A DNA stretch of 64,000 nt from Octopus bimaculoides (Eukaryota). Each line of letters begins with the position of its first letter. Within the stretch, counting starts at the first letter, position 1. The stretch spans positions 104,689,533-104,753,532 of the forward strand of contig NC_068985.1 in assembly GCF_001194135.2 (NCBI RefSeq), in the 5' to 3' direction. Shown one piece after another: positions 51,893 through 62,880 of this stretch. The translations under genes and the position numbers were made by a program. The notes under the pieces are model-generated. The model did not search any database and was not told where the DNA came from. It saw nothing but the letters and a program-made list of their open reading frames with translations.

Positions 51893-52180
51893 TTAACCCC
51901 GAGAGGACATCTCCTCTAGCTGGTTAACGATGCACAGCTGCATCCGATAAAATCGCGAGCAGCGGAGCAAACCCCTACCATCTCCTAGCAACGGGACAAG
52001 TAGACCAGTCCTGGTTTCAGGCTATTTCTGCCACTCCTCAGTACTGGACACCTCGTCTGCCAAAGATGACTACTGGACCCATCACTAGGAGATGGCAGGG
52101 GTTCACACCCCTGCTCCCAGTTTTATCGGATGAAGCTGGGCATCGTTAACCAGCTAAAGGAGATGTCCTCTTGGGGTTAA
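51893..52180. mobile_element. GC-rich foldback MITE with about 100-bp TIRs and TTAA ends
   Basis: ttaa-cccc ... gggg-ttaa; 15 mismatches over the first 96 paired positions by hand count. Confidence 0.8.
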
Positions 52181-53761
52181 AAAATCACAGTAGAGTCCGC
52201 TCAAACAGTAATGCTGTGATGGACTGACATCCTGAACAGCTGGAGGGGAACACATACGCCATAGAAACCGGGGAAACCAGGCCCATGAGCCTGGCTAGGC
52301 TTGAAAAGGGCGCATAAATAAAAATAAATAAATTACTTAATAAAACAAGGTTCATCCAGAATAAACACAAAGCACTTATCAACAAATTATTTCAACAAAT
52401 CATCAGCCACTTTAAAGTGGAATGATAATTTCAAGACTAGGGAAAAGATTATTTGAAATTCATATAATACAAGTAACAATATAAGAAACTAATAACAGAT
52501 CATGCATGTTCTCCTGTGTAAAATGCCACCATTCCAATAAGTTAAAACAGCTTCATGATTCAAATTTTCTTGAGAAATTGTTTTCGTGTTGGGACAGCCA
52601 TTTCAAATATAAACATTACAGAGAAATAAAATTTTCATTACACTCTAAAAATATTAATTTGCTTTTAGCATACTATATATATGCACAAAACAATGCCCAA
52701 CTATCTTAGGTAATCAAAAGAATTGAATAAGAAAATAATTCCTTGCAGTAATTTTAAAATATTGATCATATGTGGAGTTTTTTAAACTTGTTCTGACTGG
52801 ATTAACAGGAGTGGGGAGGAAGAAATATTGGCATAAGCAATTAAGTGAAGATGTTAGTAAATAGAAATGGGGTTTTTTTTTTTGTATCTATTAAATGTAA
52901 AAGCTAAAAGATGAAAATACAATCAAAACATGAAAATATATATAAATAAATACACACACACATACACACCTGAGCACGCACACACATACACACACAAGCA
53001 AAACGCATGCACAAACACACCAAAGAAAGATTAGAAAAAAGGTTTAGAAAGAATGTAGTAACAGCTTTTAAAGATTGATTGAGTCACAATCAATTTTAAT
53101 AAAATATTCAGAATATGTATGGATGAGAAATAGAAACTTCTATGTAGATAAAGACAGTGACAAATATAATCACCAAGTCGAGCCATGAGAAATTTCTCTG
53201 TCTAGAGTAATAAAATCAATATCGTAACCTACATCGACATATACTAAACATGATACAAATATGTTGTACTTTTAAACAGGAAAGAACTTGACTTGTAATA
53301 AAAATATACTAAGAAATAAAATTAGAGAGAAATGGTTTAAGATCCACAAAGTAAATAGGTCATTTTTATCTTTAATGTAAGCTAGCTAACTACCATATAC
53401 TCAAGATAATATTGACTAGACTGAACTAAATAAGTGAAAATAACTGTTTAAGTTCCTTCATATTCAAAATTGTATTTCAGAAATTAAAAAGCAGAAAGCT
53501 AATGTAAAGAAAGAAGTGGTCAATATGATATAAAAGTAGTACTAGTAGAGAAAGAGAGAAGAAATATTAAAAAGTAAGAAAAAATTTGGGAAAAAAAAAG
53601 TTTACAGCAAGGGAGGTAAATCTTAAAATCAAGAGGGGAGATGATATTTTAGGAAATATGTGTTTTCATAAAATGCCCAAAGTATTCACAGATGATGATA
53701 AACAATTGTCAAAGAGAGTGAGAAACTGTGCACATAAGAATCAATGTGTGTGTGAGAGAGG

Positions 53762-53789
<28 letters not shown>

Positions 53790-53792
<3 letters not shown>

Positions 53793-53986
53793 CAAATGAA
53801 ACAAATGTGTGTGTGTGTATGTATGTGTATGAGTGAGTGTGTGTGTGTGTGTGTGTGTATGTATATATATATATATATATATATAGAGATAGATAGATAG
53901 ATAGGTAGGTAGGTAGGTAGGTAGATAGATAGATAGATATATGAGAATAAAGGAGTGTACATGTTTGCATGAGTGAATGAAACAAA

Positions 53987-54040
<54 letters not shown>

Positions 54041-54125
54041 ATATATATATAGATAGATAGATAGATAGGTAGGTAGGTAGGTAGGTAGATAGATAGGTAG
54101 GTAGGTAGATAGATAGATAGGTAGG

Positions 54126-54164
<39 letters not shown>

Positions 54165-54328
54165 GTAGGTAGATAGATAGATAGATAGATAGGTAGATAG
54201 ATAGGTAGGTAGGTAGGTAGGTAGATAGGTAGGTAGATAGGTAGACAGATAGGTAGATAGATAGGTAGATAGATAGATATGAGAATAAAGGAGGGTACAT
54301 GTTTGCATGAGTGAATGAAACAAAAAGT

Positions 54329-54394
<66 letters not shown>

Positions 54395-54395
54395 C
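53790..54395. repeat. Compound microsatellite (TG)n/(TA)n/(GATA,GGTA)n with a duplicated unique spacer
   Basis: gagaataaaggag.gtacatgtttgcatgagtgaatgaaacaaaa occurs near 53943 and 54281. Confidence 0.85.
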
Positions 54396-55639
54396 AATGA
54401 ACAAAAATTAGTTTGTGCATGAACAAAAGCAAATAAGCGGGAAATGGAAGCAAGTGTGAGTAAGTGATGAATGTGAGAGCGTACGTGGATGTGAGTGAGG
54501 GTAAAGATGTGTGCACACATTTGATTGGGAAGGATTGCATGTGCACAAGAAGGAGTGTATGTGTACACACGTGAATGAAAATGAGTATGTATGTATATGA
54601 GTGAAAAAAAAAATATGTGGGTGAATAAAAATGATAGAGAATAACTGTAAATGACTGTAAAAAATTAAGTGCGTAAGATCCAATGAGAGAATGCATGTGG
54701 TTGAGAGAGTGCATATAGCTGAGAGAGAAAGTAAGAGTGTGAGTAGGAATTTGTGAGTGTGAGAGAACACTTTAGACAATATGATTTCAAACATGCATAG
54801 AAGTCAACTCAAAGAGTGATTAATACTAAAAACTCTGAGTACTTGATAGAGAGACAACATCAATTATGAGAAACAAATAGCAACAGAATAGAAGAGAAAA
54901 AAAAATTAGATAATTACATGTCAATTTTGAAAACAAATACACCAAGGAGAGAAACAACACTAAGTTTCAGTAAAGTTGAAACATTACAACAACTATAACA
55001 ACAACAAATAAAGGAAGAATTATGATGCCTTTTAAACTATAATGATCAAATTAAACTATCTTCCAGTTCTCTTCCATTATCCTCTGCCCGTCACGGAACA
55101 GTAGTACCTTTCTTTTCTAATTTACCCAAGTAATCAAAGTTATTATTTGATACTCTATTAACTCCAAAACAACTATTCAACTCTAACAGCAACCCAACAT
55201 ATTGAAATACGAGTTCCAGAAAAATAAATCTCTCAGATTCAGCAGCAGAATCGGTTTTTTTTTTTCCTTTACGATATGAACTGCAGAAAAAAAGAAATAA
55301 AGATTTCCAAGACTGACACCTATAATTACATTTTACTGCTCTATTTTCAGTCGGTTATTTATTTAAATTTAGTGTGTGTGTGTGTGTGCGTGTGTGCGTT
55401 AGTTCATTTGTTCATTTTATGTCCACTTCCCCATGCTAACATGGGTTAGATTAATAAATCAGTGAGGCATTGTTTTACTGCTGGATACCCTTCCCATCAC
55501 TAACCATTATCTTTTCTGTCAAGTAAGGAATCTCTAAGGTGCAAAGTAGGTGAACAACTTGTTGACAAGTAACAATGACAACACTGCTTGCAACTTGCAT
55601 TTCATTGAGTGTAAACAGGTGCAGACACACACACATACA

Positions 55640-55673
<34 letters not shown>

Positions 55674-56170
55674 NNNNNNNNNNNNNNNNNNNNNNNNNNN
55701 NNNNNNNNNNNNNNNNNNNNNNNNNNNNNNNNNNNNNNNNNNNNNNNNNNNNNNNNNNNNNNNNNNNNNNNNNNNNNNNNNNNNNNNNNNNNNNNNNNNN
55801 NNNNNNNNNNNNNNNNNNNNNNNNNNNNNNNNNNNNNNNNNNNNNNNNNNNNNNNNNNNNNNNNNNNNNNNNNNNNNNNNNNNNNNNNNNNNNNNNNNNN
55901 NNNNNNNNNNNNNNNNNNNNNNNNNNNNNNNNNNNNNNNNNNNNNNNNNNNNNNNNNNNNNNNNNNNNNNNNNNNNNNNNNNNNNNNNNNNNNNNNNNNN
56001 NNNNNNNNNNNNNNNNNNNNNNNNNNNNNNNNNNNNNNNNNNNNNNNNNNNNNNNNNNNNNNNNNNNNNNNNNNNNNNNNNNNNNNNNNNNNNNNNNNNN
56101 NNNNNNNNNNNNNNNNNNNNNNNNNNNNNNNNNNNNNNNNNNNNNNNNNNNNNNNNNNNNNNNNNNNNNN

Positions 56171-56246
<76 letters not shown>

Positions 56247-56381
56247 TGTGATGCTTCAATATGGCCTTGACAATGGTGGTCAAAACAAAACTAAAGAACT
56301 GACATTAAAGGCACTTCCTTATGAAACAGGAGAAGAGAAGTAGGATGTTGTGATAGGGCTGATTTCATAAGCCAAACTTAC

Positions 56382-56390
56382 CTTCTTGTT
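56382..56390 (-). CDS. Arfip: Candidate 9-nt microexon, probably of arfaptin
   Basis: gctgac branch point, pyrimidine tract, TGC, ttcag|aacaagaag|gtaagt. Confidence 0.55.
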
Positions 56391-56665
56391 CTGAATGCAG
56401 AAGAGATAAAACAAAAAGGTCAGCAATCATGAAAGCAATATATACACAAAGTTATCTTAGCAACGACACAAAGTATACCAAGAATATAGGGAAAAAAAAA
56501 GAAAACAGAATGTAATGTAGAAGGAAAGAACTCTATAATATGAGTAAACATAGCACTGTTATTACAAGGTCTAGGTCATTAATGTACAAACAAAGAATCA
56601 TTACACCCAACTGGAATTTCACATGAAACAGATTATTATGAAATGAAACTCAGATGGAAACAATA

Positions 56666-56910
56666 TTGTTGGCACTCCATCGCTTACAACGTCAAGGGTT
56701 CCAGTTGATCCGATCAACGGAACAGCCTGCTCGTGAAATTAACGTGCAAGTGGCTGAGCACTCCACAGACACGTGTACCCTTAACGTAGTTCTCGGGGAT
56801 ATTCAGCGTGACACAGTGTGACAAGGCTGGCCCTTTGAATTACAGGCACAACAGAAACAGGAAGTAAGAGTGAGAGAAAGTTGTGATGAAAGAGTACAGC
56901 AGGGTTCGCC
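56666..56910 (-). mobile_element. Second copy of the 23461-type SINE, running into a gap
   Basis: Reverse complement of the 23461-23812 body and tail. Confidence 0.8.
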
Positions 56911-57487
56911 NNNNNNNNNNNNNNNNNNNNNNNNNNNNNNNNNNNNNNNNNNNNNNNNNNNNNNNNNNNNNNNNNNNNNNNNNNNNNNNNNNNNNNNNNN
57001 NNNNNNNNNNNNNNNNNNNNNNNNNNNNNNNNNNNNNNNNNNNNNNNNNNNNNNNNNNNNNNNNNNNNNNNNNNNNNNNNNNNNNNNNNNNNNNNNNNNN
57101 NNNNNNNNNNNNNNNNNNNNNNNNNNNNNNNNNNNNNNNNNNNNNNNNNNNNNNNNNNNNNNNNNNNNNNNNNNNNNNNNNATTGATATTTTAAACACAG
57201 TTTAGCTTTCAAAGATATAAAAGTTTTGCATGTTCAATATTAAGAAATTTCTTGTCAAAACAATAACTTTGATTGGGAACATCACAGCAGTTTGAACTAA
57301 TTATCTTACATGACAGAATGGGGTTCTTATCATTTGTAATGAATCAATGTACCATACTTCAACTATTTTACTGAAAACGTCTGACGTTAAATGTGAGTAA
57401 ATATGTGGATGGGAGTAAATAAGTATGCAAGTGAATGAGTATGACTCAATGAGTTTGAAAATGAACAACTGAACAAGAGCGAAAGTG

Positions 57488-57530
<43 letters not shown>

Positions 57531-58401
57531 NNNNNNNNNNGAGAGAGAGAGAGAGAGAGAGAGCATGTGAGAGCGAATGTGTGAGAGAGAGAGTATCAAG
57601 GGACATTTTTCAAACGCACAGAAACACACTGAAGCTCATAAAAAACAACTGTCTTAAATAAACCACTTTGCTAATTCTTTAAATATCTACAGCAAAGCAC
57701 TGGCCTATTTTGATGATATCAATAGCTTATAAATTAAGTAAGGACACCAAACAAATCTGGTTTTAATTTCAGCATTTCAAATGTTGACAGCATTGTCTGC
57801 AAGTCAAGGTCTTGGCAATGTGATATCCTAAAGTTTCCTATTGGTTACACCCTTCTAAGTGCTCAAACAGCTTTTCATGAAGAAACTATATGACTTGGCA
57901 ATTAATAAACTTCTTGGATTCTAGAACCCATACATTAAGAAGAATGAAGTAAAACGAGAAACAGAAAACAAATGTTTTATTGTTTGGAGGTAATCTTTAG
58001 AATATATTTATTATATGACAGATGTAAATGATGTATACCTTCTTAGGCAATAATTATCATCATCATCATCATTTAACAGCCATTTTCCATGCTGGAATTG
58101 GTTGGACAGTTTGACAGGAGTAGGCAAGCCAGAGAACTGCACGAAGCTCTACAGTCAGCTTTGACATGGTTTACACAGCTGGATGCCCTTCCTAACACCA
58201 ACCACTTTACAGAATGTATGGATGTTTTGTGTTTTTTTTTTTGCTTGGCACCAAACTGGACTGCAGATAGCTTGCAAGACAAATAGAGGGTGAGTGGTGT
58301 TGAGGGAGGTGGTTTTGTGCCAAGTGATGAGAAATTTAAACAATGACAGTAGGACAGAAATAGATGTTTTGCTGTAGGGGAAATATATGGCTATCCCAGT
58401 C

Positions 58402-58442
<41 letters not shown>

Positions 58443-58665
58443 AAGATGGTGGTAAAGATGTGCTAGGGCATACCCTCAAGATACAAGGAGATGAATGTAA
58501 GTGGAGTGGTACCGAGGATTGGACAGGGTAAGTGAGCAAAGAGTGCATGAGAGGTGCTAGTGGAGTGAAAGTCAGGGGAAAAGGGGAACATTTGATTGAA
58601 AAAAAAACTGGCTGCTTACAAGTTTTACAAGTGCAAACAATAAAAATAATCAAATCATTAGAATC

Positions 58666-58739
<74 letters not shown>

Positions 58740-59989
58740 TCATCATCATCATCGGTTAAAGTCCGCTTTCCCTGCTGGCATGGGCTGGACAATTTGACTG
58801 AGGACTGGTGAACCAGATGGCTACACTAGGCTCCAATCTGATCTGGCAAGGCATCAACAGCTGGATGCCCTTCCTAATGCCAACCACTCCAAGAGTATAG
58901 TGGGTGCTTTTTATGTGCAACTGGCATGCAGGAACGTCAGGCAACACTGGCATCGACCACGCTTGAATGGTGCTTTTTACATGCTACCACCATGGGAGCC
59001 AGTCAGGCGGCACTGGCAATGACCATATATACATATATATATAAAATTGAGGGAAAGTTTTTATATCTCAGGATAAAATTTTAACCCTTTTAACTAAGGT
59101 GCAGCAAGCATGGCTGAGTAGTAAAGAAGCTTGCTTTGTAACCATGTGGTTTTAGGTTCAATCATACTGCAAGGCAACTTGGTCAAGTGCCTTCTACTAT
59201 ATATAGCCTAGGCCAACCAATGCCTTGTGAGCAAATCTGGCACACAGTGGAAGCTCATTATGTGTATATATACATATGTGTATGTATGTGTGTGTCTATG
59301 TCCCCCTCGGCCACCCACTTAATAATAATAATAATGAATTTATTGTATACAGCGCTCAGGTGTGCTACAACTCATCAGAAAAAGTAACCAAAACTGCATG
59401 AACAGTACACAGAATGTGCACAGGAAGTGAATAGTGAATAAGCTTACAAAAAAAGAAAAAAACGAGGGGGGAGGGGCATCAAGCATACTGATGGCAAATT
59501 TCAGGAAGCATGGAAGTTTCGAAGGATGCAGTGACCTGATGGCTAACAACTGACGCAGCTAGTTTATTCCATGCTTCATCAATTCTGAGCATGAAAAAAA
59601 TATCTGAGCTTGACAACAGGTTTTCATTTGTTTATATCCCTCTAGCTTAGTAATTCTGCAAAAGAGACCAATAGAATAAGCAACAAGCTTAAAAAATAAA
59701 TAAGTACTAGCAGGTTGGTTTGTTTGATTAAAGCCCTTCGGTCCATCAACTGAAACAAGTAAAAGATAAAAAGTTTAAAGATGAATAAGCATTTTTTTTT
59801 TTATTTTAGTCACACAACAACAACAAACTACTAAGACAGCTAAAGCTAATTATTTTTAGATTTGTTCTGGCATTGTTTAGTTCTCTTTCATGAACACATA
59901 AATAATTTGGCCATTAATAACAATCCTACCAACAAAAGTTATCAAAATAAAGGATAAAAGATAAAGATAGCAACTAGAGATTTATGTTT

Positions 59990-60302
59990 ATTTACGCTTT
60001 TCGAGCGAGATCGTTGCCAGTGCCCCTGGACTGGCTCTTGTGCAGGTGGCACATAAAATACACCATCTTGAGCATGGCCATTGCCAGTACCGCCTGACTG
60101 GCCTTCGTGCGGGTGACACGTAAAAGCACCCACTACACTCTCTGAGTGGTTGGCGTTAGGAAGGGCATCCAGCCGTAGAAACTCTGCCAAATCAGATTGG
60201 AGCCTGGTGTAGCCATCTGGTTTCACCAGTCCTCAGTCAAATCGTCCAACCCATGCTAGCATGGAAAGCGGACGTTAAACGACGATGATGATGATGATGA
60301 TA
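59990..60302 (+). mobile_element. Short retroposon with RTE-like tail ending in (GAT)n
   Basis: ggttggcgttaggaagggcatccagc...ccaacccatgctagcatggaaagcggacgttaaacgacgatgat; related copies at 5525, 7120, 25010, 34915, 35480, 58060, 58735. Confidence 0.75.
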
Positions 60303-60924
60303 CAATATAAATCTTGATGTAATCATTTAACATGACTTCAAAATTTTTGTAGTTTTCACTTGACTTCAAAAACTAAAATATTTAGATATTACTATGGCAT
60401 TACTACCCCAAATATGAAAGAAGGTATGGCCAAGTGGTTAAGAGATTTGCAATTATGGAAGTCCCAAGTTTGATCCAGTGTGCAGTATCTTGGGCAAGTG
60501 TCTTTTATCATAGACTAGGGTTGATCTAAGCTTTGTGAGTGAAACTGGGTGTAGGCAGAAACTGTGTGGAAGGCTGCCAAATGGACTGTACCTGTACTTC
60601 AAAGGTTCAGCCTTGTCACTGAATGAGAATTACACTAAAGATATACATGTGAAAACAATCATTTATATGTTTATTTAAGAGGGAATTCAGTTGATTAAGC
60701 AGCAAACAGAATTCTCATCAGCAAAGCCAATAAAGAATCCAGACTTAAGAGAGTTTGTATATAAGCTGTACTTTCAACTAAAAATACTAAATTTTTCCAC
60801 AAATAGGCACAGGTGTGACTGTGTGATAAGAAGTTTGCTTCCCAACCACATGGTACCAGATTCAGTCCCGCTGCGTGGCACTTTGGCCAAGTGTCTTCTA
60901 CTATAGCCTCAGGCAAACCAAGCT

Positions 60925-61702
60925 TTCCGAGTCTAATTGTGTGCAGAGAGTCAATGTATGCTCTTCTTTGCTGTCGTGTCTCACAAATGAACCTTTTTTA
61001 GACCAAATAATGACTGATGACGAGAAATGGGTTCTCTATAAAAATGTCCTGATCACGAGAAATGGGTTCTCAATAAGAATGTCATGTGCTGAAGACAGTG
61101 GGTAGGGAAAGAAGAAACACTGGCACTCCAGACTAAAGTAAGTCTTCACCCACGTAAGGTGTTGCTATCTCTGTTTGGTGGGATATGAAAGGTTTAGTCT
61201 CCTTTGAACTTTTAAACTCAAACCAAAAGATAACAAAGGAGATCTACTGTGAGCAGCTTGAGTAGCTTCAGTCAGCGCTAGAAGAAAAACGACCATCTTT
61301 GCTTTCGAGACGAAAGATATTCTTCCATCAGGATAATACTCAGCCACATACAGTAAAGATGACATTCCAAAGGCTGGGGCAGTCTGAATGGGAAATGATG
61401 CCCCACCCACCATATTTGCTAGACATTGCCCCATCTTATTACCATTTATTCTGCAGTCTTCAAAATCATTTGGACAGAAAAAATATGAATTCTACAGACG
61501 AGGTCAGAATAGTATTGGAGGAATATTTTTCATCACAGACAAGTGAATTTTGGAAGAGGGGCCTTGCAAGTCTACCAGATAGATGGAAGAACATTGTAGA
61601 AATGAAGGAGAGTATATTTTAGATTAAAAAAGAAGTTTGTTTATCTTAATTCTGAAAAATAAAAGACGTATTAAAAAACGCATTATTTATGGGATGACCC
61701 TA
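60925..61702 (+). pseudogene. Mariner (DD34D-type) transposase, 5'-truncated, with 3' TIR
   Basis: FLDQIMTDDEKWVLYKN, FHQDNTQPH, HPPYLLDIAPSYYHLF; internal stop and a roughly 36-bp duplication; ends aaaacgcattatttatgggatgaccc-ta. Confidence 0.85.
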
Positions 61703-61783
61703 TATATATATGTGTGTGTGTGTGTGTATGAAATTAATATAAACAGCAGTTTGCAATGTGTCACCAAAAAGGAGAGTTACAAT

Positions 61784-62077
61784 TGTCACTAAATGTGACT
61801 AGGGTGTTAGAAACACCTACATTGCTAGAAATAAGAGCTAAAATGCTCTAATGCTGTAGTCACACATACATAAATGTAAACATACACACTAACAGGGAAT
61901 AAGAGGTAAAATGCTTTAATGCTGTAGTCAACGTACATAAATGTAAGCATATACACTAACAGATCCCTGTTAGTGTATATGTTTACATTTATGTACGTTG
62001 ACTACAGCATTAGAGCATTTTAGCTCTTATTTCTAGCAATGTAGGTGTTTCTAACACCCTAGTCACATTTAGTGACA
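61784..62077. repeat. Near-perfect inverted repeat with about 114-bp arms
   Basis: 61784-61898 versus 61964-62077; the spacer is a tandem copy of the inner arm. Confidence 0.9.
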
Positions 62078-62664
62078 GTTACACACACGCACACACACAC
62101 AATCTTTTTATTTTATTCATAGCTATTGCCAGATATGATACTATTCGGTAATTTATTCAAGATTTTGTACCATTATCCTCCTTTAGATGACACCAATCTG
62201 TTGCATATTTTGTTTGTAGCAGGAGTTGAATTCACCATTGCTAGCTGTCAAAACACTTGTTAGTCACTAACAGTGTTACGGTGTTCCCAATGCCTGCAAC
62301 ACTGAATTGTACATTCAAATGCAATAAAAATGGGCTGGGCCTTTAAATGTTAACAACCATTTCCCACTTGTATACACCAGTGACAGGATATGAAGAGTGA
62401 ATTGTTCCGTTAACAGGCAGCAGCAATTTTTGAGTCTCCAATGGGTAAATCTTTTTTTTACATATATGCTCCATTGTTTTTAAAATAATAATTACCACAT
62501 TTGATTGCATACAAGATGCAATTTTTTTTCAAAAACAAATCTCAAAAAAACAACCCCAGATCTTATATGCTAAGTTAGGCCTTCCAATAAGCTCACTATT
62601 ATAGGCTAATTTTAATCCAGATGTCTCTTCTACTAATCCTAACTCCATAATAATAATAATAATA

Positions 62665-62880
62665 ATCCTTTCTACTAAAAGCACAAGGCCTGAATTTTGA
62701 GGGGAGGAGACCAGTTGATTTCCTCAATCCCAATGTTTCACTGGTACTTAATTTATCAACCCCAAAAGGATGAAAAGCAAAGTCAACCTCAGCAGAATTC
62801 GAACTCAGAACATAAGGACGGACAATATGCCACTAAGCATTTTGCCCAGCATGCAAACGACTCTGCCAACTTGCCACCTT
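62665..62880 (-). mobile_element. Nin/Deu-type SINE
   Basis: ctggtacttaatttatcaaccccaaaaggatgaaaagcaaagtcaac core on the reverse strand. Confidence 0.7.

Noticed and set aside
53686-54568. 200-275 aa ORFs (YLSI/THTH repeats)
   Set aside because: Translations of (GATA)n and (TG)n microsatellites
61299-61622. 107-aa mariner ORF as a functional or domesticated gene
   Set aside because: Upstream stop and duplication, missing N-terminus, catalytic Asp lost
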